Assembly (NCBI GenBank): GCA_007128005.1
Contig: SKYF01000104.1
Coordinates: 1,232 to 65,231, forward strand
DNA: 64,000 bases
DNA from: Bdellovibrionales bacterium
GTDB taxonomy: Bacteria; Bdellovibrionota; Bdellovibrionia; Bdellovibrionales; UBA1609
Direction: 5' to 3'
The notes under the pieces were generated by a model. The model made no database searches, was not told the origin of the DNA, and worked only from the letters and a program-made list of their open reading frames with translations. Positions 49,008-58,537 of the stretch are shown one piece after another (the first letter of the stretch is position 1; each line of letters opens with the position of its first letter). The position numbers were made by a program, and so were the translations under genes.

Positions 49008-49361
49008 ATGAGATCCTCCCCTTTCCACTCAGTGCTTATCGCCACCTTGACTCTGATAGTTTTTCTCTCAGGACAGCTCGCCTTCGGCCAGCAACAGTCC
49101 TCTCGGCGGGGAGCTCCAGGTTCAACCGCCCAACAGGAACTCGATAGATATAGGGGGGGGCCCTCCAACCAGGATCTGTCCGGTCCACAGACCTACGCCG
49201 TCAGCACTGACCAGGATTCCTGCACCGATAAGAGATACTGCCAGGGACGGGTCAACTCCACCGGAAGATTTCACAGCCAAAGCAGAGCCATGGAGCAAGT
49301 CAGACTTTATTTGGGTGAGGGCGCAAAACCTGGTCCAGACGGCTCAGAGACAGTTGAGTAG
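49008..49361 (+). CDS. small secreted protein, hit-locus (Bd0108)-like by position
   Basis: SD AAGGAG upstream and a signal peptide (LTLIVFLSGQLAFG). The mature part is Q/S/G/D-rich. It contains ACCAGGAT at 49168 and 49210 (42-bp spacing) and a G8 run at 49153-49160. Confidence 0.65.
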   Translation: MRSSPFHSVLIATLTLIVFLSGQLAFGQQQSSRRGAPGSTAQQELDRYRGGPSNQDLSGPQTYAVSTDQDSCTDKRYCQGRVNSTGRFHSQSRAMEQVRLYLGEGAKPGPDGSETVE

Positions 49362-49381
49362 CTCCGGTACAGTCGGCCAAT

Positions 49382-49402
49382 AGTGTCTCAAGATGAGACA
49401 CT
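49382..49402 (+). terminator. hairpin 20 nt after the small secreted gene (possible terminator, no U-tract)
   Basis: Perfect 9-bp stem AGTGTCTCA/TGAGACACT with a 3-nt loop. Confidence 0.35.
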
Positions 49403-49514
49403 GGGCTCAAGAGCGTCCCTGCACTGTCGAATATCTGGACAGTTTACAGCCTAGATGAAATTATAAATGCTTAATTTTATTATGATTTTTGTGTCTCCCC
49501 TCACTGTCTAGAGG

Positions 49515-49530
49515 TGGCACACTTCTGGCT
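49515..49530 (+). promoter_or_regulatory. sigma-54-like -24/-12 element
   Basis: TGGCAC-ACTTC-TGGCT compared with the consensus TGGCAC-N5-TTGC(A/T). GG and GC are correctly spaced, with one mismatch in the -12 box. It lies 42 nt upstream of the ATG at 49572. Confidence 0.35.
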
Positions 49531-49571
49531 ATAGAGTAAGGTAAGTGCTCATTAAAGGAAAGGAGCTGAAT

Positions 49572-49811
49572 ATGAAAACCTCAACTCTACTGATAGCCCT
49601 GATGTTAGGTTTGGCTGCAGGACCTGCCATGGCGGCCTCCCATAATAACCTTCAAGCTGTGAATGGAAAAGGTGCTGACAACTGCCCCTACAAAGCCGCT
49701 GCATCCAGAGATGAAAACCGAGCTCAGGCAAGAGAGCTAGCCTCAAGGTTGATCCAGCCTGGCCGCCCTCAATCTCGCCAACAGCAAAACTCTCGCACTA
49801 TTCGCAATTAA
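49572..49811 (+). CDS. small secreted hypothetical protein
   Basis: The ATG at 49572 follows AAAGGAAAGGAG. Signal peptide MKTSTLLIALMLGLAAGPAMA. 79 aa, with a basic, Q-rich C-terminus. Confidence 0.55.
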   Translation: MKTSTLLIALMLGLAAGPAMAASHNNLQAVNGKGADNCPYKAAASRDENRAQARELASRLIQPGRPQSRQQQNSRTIRN

Positions 49812-50149
49812 GGCTCTTGTTCCAGCTGATCTTCTTGAAAAAAGAAGTCCGTTGAGCCTTGGTAAAGCTCCTGTGCCTGGCTCTTGAGATATTGACTGCT
49901 GCGCTCAAGTTTGAGTTCAAGTCGTCGCTGAGTGGCCTGTGTGGTACGAGTTGTGGCTTTCCCCCAAAGGTTTTGCACAAGCAACACTGCTCCCTGAGCC
50001 ACCGACTCCACAGGTTGCACCAGACTCGATTGGCGAGCCCAGCTCAAGGCCCTCTCCTCTAGAGTCTGGGGGCCAATTCTTATCTGCAGCAATATAATAA
50101 TAAAAAATGTAAGTGCTATACTTTTAAAGAAAAAAAATAGACTTCCCAT
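49808..50149 (-). CDS. single-pass membrane hypothetical protein
   Basis: N-terminal TM (FFFFKSIALTFFIIILLQI). The start overlaps the CheY-like stop (TGATG) and is preceded by GGGGGGGGAG. Confidence 0.5.
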   Translation of the reverse strand: MGSLFFFFKSIALTFFIIILLQIRIGPQTLEERALSWARQSSLVQPVESVAQGAVLLVQNLWGKATTRTTQATQRRLELKLERSSQYLKSQAQELYQGSTDFFFQEDQLEQEP

Positions 50150-50526
50150 CAGATCTCCCCCCCCTGTTGCACGGCTTTTTCAATGGCTTGAACCAGGTCT
50201 TTGGCCTCAAATGGTTTAGTCACATAATGACAGCATCCAGCCTCAATTGCCTTTAACATCATCGTCTCCTGATCGAGGGTGGAGCAGGCAATGACCTTAA
50301 CTCGAGGCTGCCTTTTAACAATCTCCGTGGTGGCTTCAACGCCACTTTTTTTTGGCATCACTAAGTCCATAAGAATGACATCTGGCTTGAGCTGCTCCGC
50401 CAATTCCACTGCCTCAACTCCGTCTTGGGCCTCCCCTACAATGACAAAGCCCCGTGGTTCTAAGAGCTCTTTTAAAAGCTCTCGGATAAAAGGGGCATCA
50501 TCTGCAATCAATATACGAATAGACAT
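50149..50526 (-). CDS. single-domain CheY-like response regulator
   Basis: Receiver motifs ILIADDAPFIRE, the phospho-acceptor context DVILMDLVMP, and a conserved T/K context (IACST.., YVTKPF). Confidence 0.9.
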   Translation of the reverse strand: MSIRILIADDAPFIRELLKELLEPRGFVIVGEAQDGVEAVELAEQLKPDVILMDLVMPKKSGVEATTEIVKRQPRVKVIACSTLDQETMMLKAIEAGCCHYVTKPFEAKDLVQAIEKAVQQGGEI

Positions 50527-50550
50527 CTTTCTATTTCTTATTAAAACAGA

Positions 50551-51708
50551 TTAGTTGCCCCAAGTATAGCCGAACTCAAAGACTGTCAAACCCTGATCCA
50601 CACGAACCCCCTGAGGGGTGACTGAGGTCTTGGGATCTATGCGTAGAGCTGGTCCCGAAAAGTTAGTTCGCTCAAAGCGATGCCGCAAACTCCAGAACAG
50701 CTGCTGATTTCTGTCCAAAACGTAAACTGAACCTAGAGATAGGTTCACCTGGTAATTGTCCTTAGACTTAGATCCTGAAGTGACTCGCTTCTCTTGATGG
50801 CTAAGTTGCGGCATGAGTCTTAGACCAAAGGTCCAGCTATGAAAATTACTATTGGGAACTCTCAGCTGCAGACTCACTTCAAGTCCAGAAGATCGATGAC
50901 TAAATCGATTGTCCATGGGGCCTGCTATCTTGACTTGAGACTCTCTGAAGTTCAAACCCGCGAGCAAAGAAGGGGCTCGTCGGGATAGACCGAAATGCTG
51001 CCTCAGCTTCAAGCCCATCGCCCCGTCCTGGTGTCTCAGACCCAAATTAACCCCTCCCACTGGACTGGACTCAAGGCTGTGTCCCAAGCTTGTCATATAG
51101 TCAAAATGCACGCCAAAGTGGGGGGTTACCCAAAAACCCAACTCCGTACTCAGACCTGGTCCGGCCGAGTAATAGTCTCTATACCAAAAGGCGCTGCTCG
51201 AATCATAATATAAAAAGGCCGGGGCCACACTGAGCTCCATAATATTCAGACGGGGATCCTGAGGATGAATGGATTTAATATAGTCCTCCATTCCTTCCGC
51301 AGAGCCACCCAAAAAAAGATCTCGGAGTCTACGCAAACGAGTGAGCTCTTCCTCAATCCCCTCTTCCACCCTCAGCTCACTATCGATGAGCGCCTCTTCT
51401 TTTTGGTCTAAGAGAGGCTCTTGAGGAGGGGGTGGTTGAGCAGAGAGGGCGGAAGGCTCCGGCTCCTGAGTTGAGGTTTCCGATGTGGGAGTAGGCCTTT
51501 CCGAACCCGGACGCAGGGTGTATCTACGCGAATCCAGATCACGACGCTCTGGGGTCTTGCCTCCTGAACGCAGTAACAAGCTTGTAGAAGGGTCTACTTG
51601 AGCGTGCGCATATGAGAAGAGCTCCGCACCCATTAGCCCAAGGGCGACGACCACGGCAACTGCGCCTAAAAACCTACTGTAGTAGAGAGAATGTTTTAAT
51701 TCTTGCAC
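50551..51708 (-). CDS. hypothetical outer-membrane beta-barrel-like protein with Pro/Glu-rich N-terminal region
   Basis: Signal-like N-terminus, a PE-rich linker, and alternating-polarity strands in the C-terminal ~230 aa ending FEFGYTWGN. Confidence 0.5.
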   Translation of the reverse strand: MQELKHSLYYSRFLGAVAVVVALGLMGAELFSYAHAQVDPSTSLLLRSGGKTPERRDLDSRRYTLRPGSERPTPTSETSTQEPEPSALSAQPPPPQEPLLDQKEEALIDSELRVEEGIEEELTRLRRLRDLFLGGSAEGMEDYIKSIHPQDPRLNIMELSVAPAFLYYDSSSAFWYRDYYSAGPGLSTELGFWVTPHFGVHFDYMTSLGHSLESSPVGGVNLGLRHQDGAMGLKLRQHFGLSRRAPSLLAGLNFRESQVKIAGPMDNRFSHRSSGLEVSLQLRVPNSNFHSWTFGLRLMPQLSHQEKRVTSGSKSKDNYQVNLSLGSVYVLDRNQQLFWSLRHRFERTNFSGPALRIDPKTSVTPQGVRVDQGLTVFEFGYTWGN

Positions 51709-51806
51709 TCACTCTATTTCGGTAAAAGTCACTCAATGCTTTATGAAAATTGACCTTCGACCCATTTGGAATGCAGACTAGAAATTGAGAAGAGGGGATA
51801 AACTCT

Positions 51807-53384
51807 ATGCGCTTTCCAAAGTTAAGAATATCTTGTCTAACTCTAGCCCTTTGTCTAGGACCCTCCTTGAGTGCAGACAGTCAAATAAGACCTCTTCAAA
51901 GTCAGATCGACGACCTTCTTACAATTGAAACGATCACCATACTGCCCTTTGCGGACAACACTCAGGGAATTTACTCCCGTCCCCTAGAGACTCGGGTCTC
52001 TGATCAGCTCAGGAGTTTACATCGCTGGACCTTTCTTCCCTCTAGCACTCAAGGCCCTTACCGAACCTCAGAAGAACTAGACCAAGATCCAGAACTCGTC
52101 AGACAACTGGCCGATTCCATTGAAGCCGATGCATTCATTCTGGGAAGTATCAGTCGAGGCAATGAGGGGATTGCTTTGCAGTTGGATTTATACTTAAAGC
52201 GGGACGCACAGCTATTTGTTCGTGTGGATACAAGAGGTTTTGAGAGAAGTGACTTGGAATCCGTGGGACGGGAGATGGATCGGCTGTTGGCAAGAATGAT
52301 CCGACAGATTCCCTACGAGGGACGCATCCTAAGCCGCCAAGGACAGAGGGTGACTCTTAACCTTGGACAGAGAGACAATGTGTCCATAGACCAAGAGGTC
52401 TCTGTAGTCCAAATTATCTCCGCTCAAAGACACCCCCACTTTAATTTTGTTGTGAACACCGAAAAGACGACTCTCGGAAAAGTGAAACTACTTAAGGTAG
52501 ATGAAACTTTGAGTTTTGGAATCGTAGTCTCGGAAAAAGAGCCCGGCGCCATACAGAAGAACAGTAAGATTTCTGGACTCAGTCCAGTGACCTATCCCGA
52601 CCCCACTATAGAGCCTTTGGTCCGCAGGCAAGATGCAGAGCTTGCCTTTGGAGATGATCCTGTCGCCTGGGTTCCCAAAAGGCCCCCAACCTTTGGGCAA
52701 GTAGGGGGATTTCTAGGTTTTGGGCAGTTTAACCAGAACCTCTCGGTGCCAGACCTAGGAGTTCTTGAATCCAAGGACAAGCTCTTCCCTTCACTTTCGG
52801 TTTCAGCAGAACTTTGGCTGACGTCAAACTGGTCGGTCCTGGGAAGTCTTGAGCAGAGTATTGTTTCTTTCTCGAATCCCCTTTCTGGTTCTAGTCCTGA
52901 AAATCTAAACCAGCAGGTCTCTAGCTATGAACTCCTCTTTGGCTATAACTTTCGAGCCAATTACGACATCTGGGGCCCCCAAGCTCACATCCTCTTAGGC
53001 TATGGGAGCAAGCACCTGAGAGTGGATAACTCTGAGCCCCTGAGTTTTACCAGCCGCCTCTACTATGGTCCTCTGGTTACTCTCAGAGGTTCATTCCCAA
53101 TTCTTCCGGATCAGTCTTTGGGGGCCGGAGCAGAGCTCTCACTTTACTTGCGTCCCAAGCTCAGCGAACAACCCCTGACTTCAGGAGCAAGCCACTCTAA
53201 TAAAATCAACGAGTTTTCTGCTTTTCTCTACCAGCGCTATTCTGAGCATATTCGCTTACAGTTGAATCTAGATTTCGAACTCTATTCCACACAGTTCTCT
53301 GGAACCGGCACAAGGCCTGATTCAGCGACAAGCTCCAGCCACAGGTCCTCGAAAATTTCTGTTGGAGTCTACTACCTCTTTTAA
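51807..53384 (+). CDS. hypothetical outer-membrane protein (periplasmic N-domain + C-terminal beta-barrel)
   Basis: Signal peptide (LTLALCLGPSLSA). The N-domain has ITILPFADNTQGIYSRPLE, a LpoB/CsgG/TolB-N-like pattern. The C-terminus VGVYYLF ends in the aromatic residue typical of OMPs. Confidence 0.55.
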   Translation: MRFPKLRISCLTLALCLGPSLSADSQIRPLQSQIDDLLTIETITILPFADNTQGIYSRPLETRVSDQLRSLHRWTFLPSSTQGPYRTSEELDQDPELVRQLADSIEADAFILGSISRGNEGIALQLDLYLKRDAQLFVRVDTRGFERSDLESVGREMDRLLARMIRQIPYEGRILSRQGQRVTLNLGQRDNVSIDQEVSVVQIISAQRHPHFNFVVNTEKTTLGKVKLLKVDETLSFGIVVSEKEPGAIQKNSKISGLSPVTYPDPTIEPLVRRQDAELAFGDDPVAWVPKRPPTFGQVGGFLGFGQFNQNLSVPDLGVLESKDKLFPSLSVSAELWLTSNWSVLGSLEQSIVSFSNPLSGSSPENLNQQVSSYELLFGYNFRANYDIWGPQAHILLGYGSKHLRVDNSEPLSFTSRLYYGPLVTLRGSFPILPDQSLGAGAELSLYLRPKLSEQPLTSGASHSNKINEFSAFLYQRYSEHIRLQLNLDFELYSTQFSGTGTRPDSATSSSHRSSKISVGVYYLF

Positions 53385-53417
53385 AAAAAATCCCAGGCCC
53401 TTTTAAAGAGCCTGGGA
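53383..53417 (-). terminator. rho-independent terminator of groEL
   Basis: On the minus strand: an 8-bp stem TCCCAGGC/GCCTGGGA with an 11-nt loop, followed by T8. Confidence 0.8.
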
Positions 53418-53446
53418 TCCTTCCAAATCTTGACTGATTTTAATGT

Positions 53447-55093
<1,647 letters not shown>

Positions 55094-55147
55094 TTACCTC
55101 TTTATTTGGTTAGATAGTTTGCAAATCAAATAGCTTGCAATTGCCAG

Positions 55148-55450
55148 TTAGTTAAAAACCCCGAGGATGTCTTCTTCTCTCATCATCAGGTACTCAGCCT
55201 CACCCAACTTGAGCTCGGTTCCGGCATATTTGCTAAACAAAACCTTGTCTCCAGATTTCACTTCTAGAGGCAAAACTTTACCATCTTCGGTCACTCGACC
55301 TTTTCCTGTGGCAACGATTTCACCGCGCTGGGGCTTTTCCTTTGCGCTGTCGGGGATGATGATGCCCCCTGCCGTCTTTTCTTCTTCAGCCATTCGACGC
55401 ACCAAAATCTTATCATGAAGCGGACGAACGTTGAATTCCGCGCTAGCCAT
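55148..55450 (-). CDS. groS: co-chaperonin GroES
   Basis: The ATG at 55450 follows GGAGGT and gives [19 protein letters not shown], 100 aa. The track ORF extends spuriously to 55555. Confidence 0.95.
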   Translation of the reverse strand: MASAEFNVRPLHDKILVRRMAEEEKTAGGIIIPDSAKEKPQRGEIVATGKGRVTEDGKVLPLEVKSGDKVLFSKYAGTELKLGEAEYLMMREEDILGVFN

Positions 55451-55526
55451 AGATACCTCCTGTTCTTTTTTGTATGAAAAAAAGTTTTTACTGAAAAAAC
55501 TTCTGCTTATAGCAATAAACCACTGC

Positions 55527-55555
55527 CAATATGGATGGTCTAAAAATTCTGTCAA
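55527..55555 (-). promoter_or_regulatory. putative groESL promoter
   Basis: On the minus strand: TTGACA (55555-55550), a 17-nt spacer, then ATATTG (55532-55527). The spacer and -10 region read CCATCCATAT, loosely like the sigma-32 box CCCCATNT. Confidence 0.25.
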
Positions 55556-55584
55556 GGCGGGACTGATAATTTTATTGGGGTTTG

Positions 55585-56145
55585 TTAGGGAGAGAGGTGG
55601 GCAGAGGATTTCAAGGCCCCTTCTGAGGGCCGAGAGGGCAGCTGCCCTCTGACCAATAGATGGTGCACAAGCTCTCCTGCCTCCTCAGTGCTGATGCTTT
55701 GCATTAAACTCTGAAGAAAGCCCAAATCACTCTTAAATTCAGACAGATAGATATCTAAATAAATCTCAAAATAGTCTTCTCTGCTGCGCTCCTCTGCATG
55801 CTGAAGGGTCTCTATGGCCTCGGCCAAAGCCCTCTCCTCCCGAGCAAAGTCAAACTCCTGAAGGCTGGCTTTGGACAGCTTTCCATTGGCCGCCAATTGC
55901 AACCTATTGGAGCGGCGCACAACTTGATTCTTTGCCTCGGCAATGTGCTGATCACGCCAAACTGAAAAGCTCAAAGGGGCTGACGAGGGATGGGAAACCA
56001 ACACTGAAGCTGACTCACTCTCCACTGCCTGCTGGCTCAACTGAGGCTCAGGTGCCGACGGATTGGCTGTGGCCTCAGCTGCGAGAACTGATGGGGAGCC
56101 CGAGAGCAGGGCAAAAACAAGAATGGATGCGGAAACCTGTATCAC
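55585..56145 (-). CDS. hypothetical secreted protein
   Basis: Signal peptide ([18 protein letters not shown]), then a helical, charged body. No family recognised. Confidence 0.5.
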   Translation of the reverse strand: MIQVSASILVFALLSGSPSVLAAEATANPSAPEPQLSQQAVESESASVLVSHPSSAPLSFSVWRDQHIAEAKNQVVRRSNRLQLAANGKLSKASLQEFDFAREERALAEAIETLQHAEERSREDYFEIYLDIYLSEFKSDLGFLQSLMQSISTEEAGELVHHLLVRGQLPSRPSEGALKSSAHLSP

Positions 56146-56361
56146 CTAACGAACCTCCAGTTGAACGCTCAAAGTGGGTGCAAGACCCTTCTTTAGTGCT
56201 CATTCAAAGGACATACCAGGGCGTAGGACCTCTAGACTCTAGAGGAATTAGCCACTTAGAAAATAACTTGGTGCATTATGGGCGGACTTTTTTTGGCTCA
56301 CCCGGCCCTAAATAGTCCCTTTTGGGCCTCAATTCTATTGATCCGGGGCCTTAAGTCCAGG

Positions 56362-57618
56362 ATGTTAGGGTCTATGCTTGAGTCCATCTTACCCTGGAGT
56401 ATTGTGTTGATATTGATGGCGGCTTTGGTCTTTGAGCGCCGCCGAGCGGATCGAGCCGAGGTCAAACGCGAGGCCGCCCAAAGCCTGTCTATCCGTATGG
56501 AGGCTGAAAACAACAGCCTGCGGGAGTCCCTGGATGCTGAGCGGGCCTTGCTTGAGAAAGCCAAGGAGCAACTTCAGGACAGCTTTCGTAGCTTGGCCTC
56601 CAGTGTGCTGGAAAGCTCCAGTCGACAGTTCTTAGAGCTAGCCAAAGGCTCCTTGGAAAAGGAGGCCTTGTCAGCTCAGTCAGAACTCGACAAACGTCAA
56701 GTGGCCATACAGGAACTGGTTAAACCCCTAGCATCTGCTCTTGAGCGCTATCAAAATCAGGCCACTGAGATAGAACGAGAGCGGCAAAAATCCTATTCAC
56801 TCGTGGAGACAGAACTCAAAAGAGTGATTGAAGCAAACCTCAACCTCAGCCAAGAAACCGCTGCTCTAAAAAATGCCCTCAAGAAACCCCACGTTCGGGG
56901 GCGCTGGGGTGAGGTGCAGTTGCGCAATTGTGTCGAACTTGCCGGGATGTCTGAGTTTGCTGATGTGAGTTTCCAAGATCAAAATATCAACTCCGAGGGA
57001 CAAAGACTTATCCCAGATATGACGGTGAGAATGCCCGGGGGAAGAGTCGTTGTAGTGGATGCAAAAACCCCTGTTGAAGCCTTCTTAGCCTCTCTTGAAG
57101 CCATGACAGAAGAGCAACGCACAGCTGAAATGCTTCGCCATGGGCGCCACGTAAAGGAGCATGTGCGTAAACTCAGCAGCAAGGCCTACTCTGAAGCCCT
57201 GAAAGACTCCGCTGACTTCACTATAATGTTCTTACCCAATGAATCCTTCCTCTACGCAGCCCTCGAAGCTGAACCTGATCTGGTGGAGTATGCTCTCAAT
57301 CGCAAGGTTCTTGTGGCAACTCCCCCCACTTTGATTGGCTTACTCAAAGTGATTCGCTTTGGCTGGAATGAAGAAAAGCTCGCAGAAAATGCACTCAAAA
57401 TCTCCGAAGCTGGACAAGAGCTCCACCGCAGAGTCTGTGACTTTGTCGATGCCTATATGAACATAGGAAAACACCTGAATAAGGCCAAAGACGAATATGA
57501 AACCGGACTGATGCGCCTGGAGAGAAAGGTCCTCGTTCAAGCCCGAAAAATGGAGCATCTTGGTGTGCGCAGCAACAAAAGTCTACCAGAGGGAATGGGT
57601 GAAGAAAGTCATCTCTAG
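56362..57618 (+). CDS. rmuC: DNA recombination protein RmuC
   Basis: N-terminal TM, a long coiled-coil, and the RmuC nuclease-like core (HVRGRWGEVQLRNCVELAGM, VVVDAKTP). The ATG at 56362 is chosen over the track start at 56278. Confidence 0.85.
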   Translation: MLGSMLESILPWSIVLILMAALVFERRRADRAEVKREAAQSLSIRMEAENNSLRESLDAERALLEKAKEQLQDSFRSLASSVLESSSRQFLELAKGSLEKEALSAQSELDKRQVAIQELVKPLASALERYQNQATEIERERQKSYSLVETELKRVIEANLNLSQETAALKNALKKPHVRGRWGEVQLRNCVELAGMSEFADVSFQDQNINSEGQRLIPDMTVRMPGGRVVVVDAKTPVEAFLASLEAMTEEQRTAEMLRHGRHVKEHVRKLSSKAYSEALKDSADFTIMFLPNESFLYAALEAEPDLVEYALNRKVLVATPPTLIGLLKVIRFGWNEEKLAENALKISEAGQELHRRVCDFVDAYMNIGKHLNKAKDEYETGLMRLERKVLVQARKMEHLGVRSNKSLPEGMGEESHL

Positions 57619-57625
57619 ATCTCTG

Positions 57626-58537
57626 ATGTACCTAGCCCTTTTATTAGGAGCTCTAATGACCTTGGCTTCATGCTCTCACCTGTTTTTTTACCCGGACTCC
57701 AGAACCCATTATCCGGCTTTGCGCTCACAAAACCCTCCCCAGGTGATTCGCTTTGCTTCTCTAGATGGAACAACTCTGGACTCCTGGTTTTTTCAAAATG
57801 ATCCCGCATTGGGAACAGTTGTCCAATTTCACGGAAATGCCCAAAACATCTCAAGCCATTTTTTGAGTCTGGTTTGGCTGCGGGAAGAAGGCTTTAATTT
57901 TTTCACCTTCGATTACCGAGGCTATGGTCAATCCGAGGGCCGACCCGATATTCCTGGAGTCACCGAAGATGGGGTAGCCGCTCTGATCCAAGGCCTTGAA
58001 CTCCATCAAAAACACAGCCCCGATGGCCTTTTTGTGGTCATTGGCCAAAGCCTGGGGGGAGCCATCGCCCTTCGGGCCCTCGAACTGCGACCTGACCTAG
58101 CCCAACAGGTTGACCTCATTGTGATGGACTCAAGCTTTGCCTCATACCAAGAGGTGGCTGCCTCTGCTTTAAGGAGCACCTGGGTGACATGGTTATTCAG
58201 CCCGCTTGCCTATATACTTATCAGTGACCGCCACAGCGAAAAAAATTTTCTTGAGAACACAACAACTCCCATACTCGTTATCCATGACAGAAACGATCCC
58301 GTAGTGAGTTTTAAACTGGGAGAAAAAATTTATAGTCGGGCGAAAAACCCAATAGGACTTTGGGCTCCGGAGGACGGTCAACATATAGGGGCTTTTATAG
58401 ACTCCACCTCACCATTCAGAGAGAAACTACTCGATCTTCTCAATGAACTGGCAAGGACCACCAAGGCGAACCCTCATCCAGATCATCTTCCTGGACAAAT
58501 CTCACCTCCTTTGCATCCTCCATCATCCAAAGACTAA
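57626..58537 (+). CDS. alpha/beta-hydrolase lipoprotein
   Basis: The ATG at 57626 gives MYLALLLGALMTLASC (lipobox). Nucleophile elbow GQSLGG, and HGNAQN in the oxyanion region. Confidence 0.8.
   Translation: MYLALLLGALMTLASCSHLFFYPDSRTHYPALRSQNPPQVIRFASLDGTTLDSWFFQNDPALGTVVQFHGNAQNISSHFLSLVWLREEGFNFFTFDYRGYGQSEGRPDIPGVTEDGVAALIQGLELHQKHSPDGLFVVIGQSLGGAIALRALELRPDLAQQVDLIVMDSSFASYQEVAASALRSTWVTWLFSPLAYILISDRHSEKNFLENTTTPILVIHDRNDPVVSFKLGEKIYSRAKNPIGLWAPEDGQHIGAFIDSTSPFREKLLDLLNELARTTKANPHPDHLPGQISPPLHPPSSKD

Noticed and set aside
49153-49160. G8 homopolymer in the hit-like gene as a dedicated phase-variation tract
   Set aside because: G7-G8 runs (mostly Gly-Gly codons or SD sequences) recur elsewhere in the window, e.g. 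at 12499-12506, 40229-40235, 41613-41619, 50158-50165 and 58901-58908. The tract alone is therefore not specific evidence. It is kept only as a supporting note in the hit-like finding.
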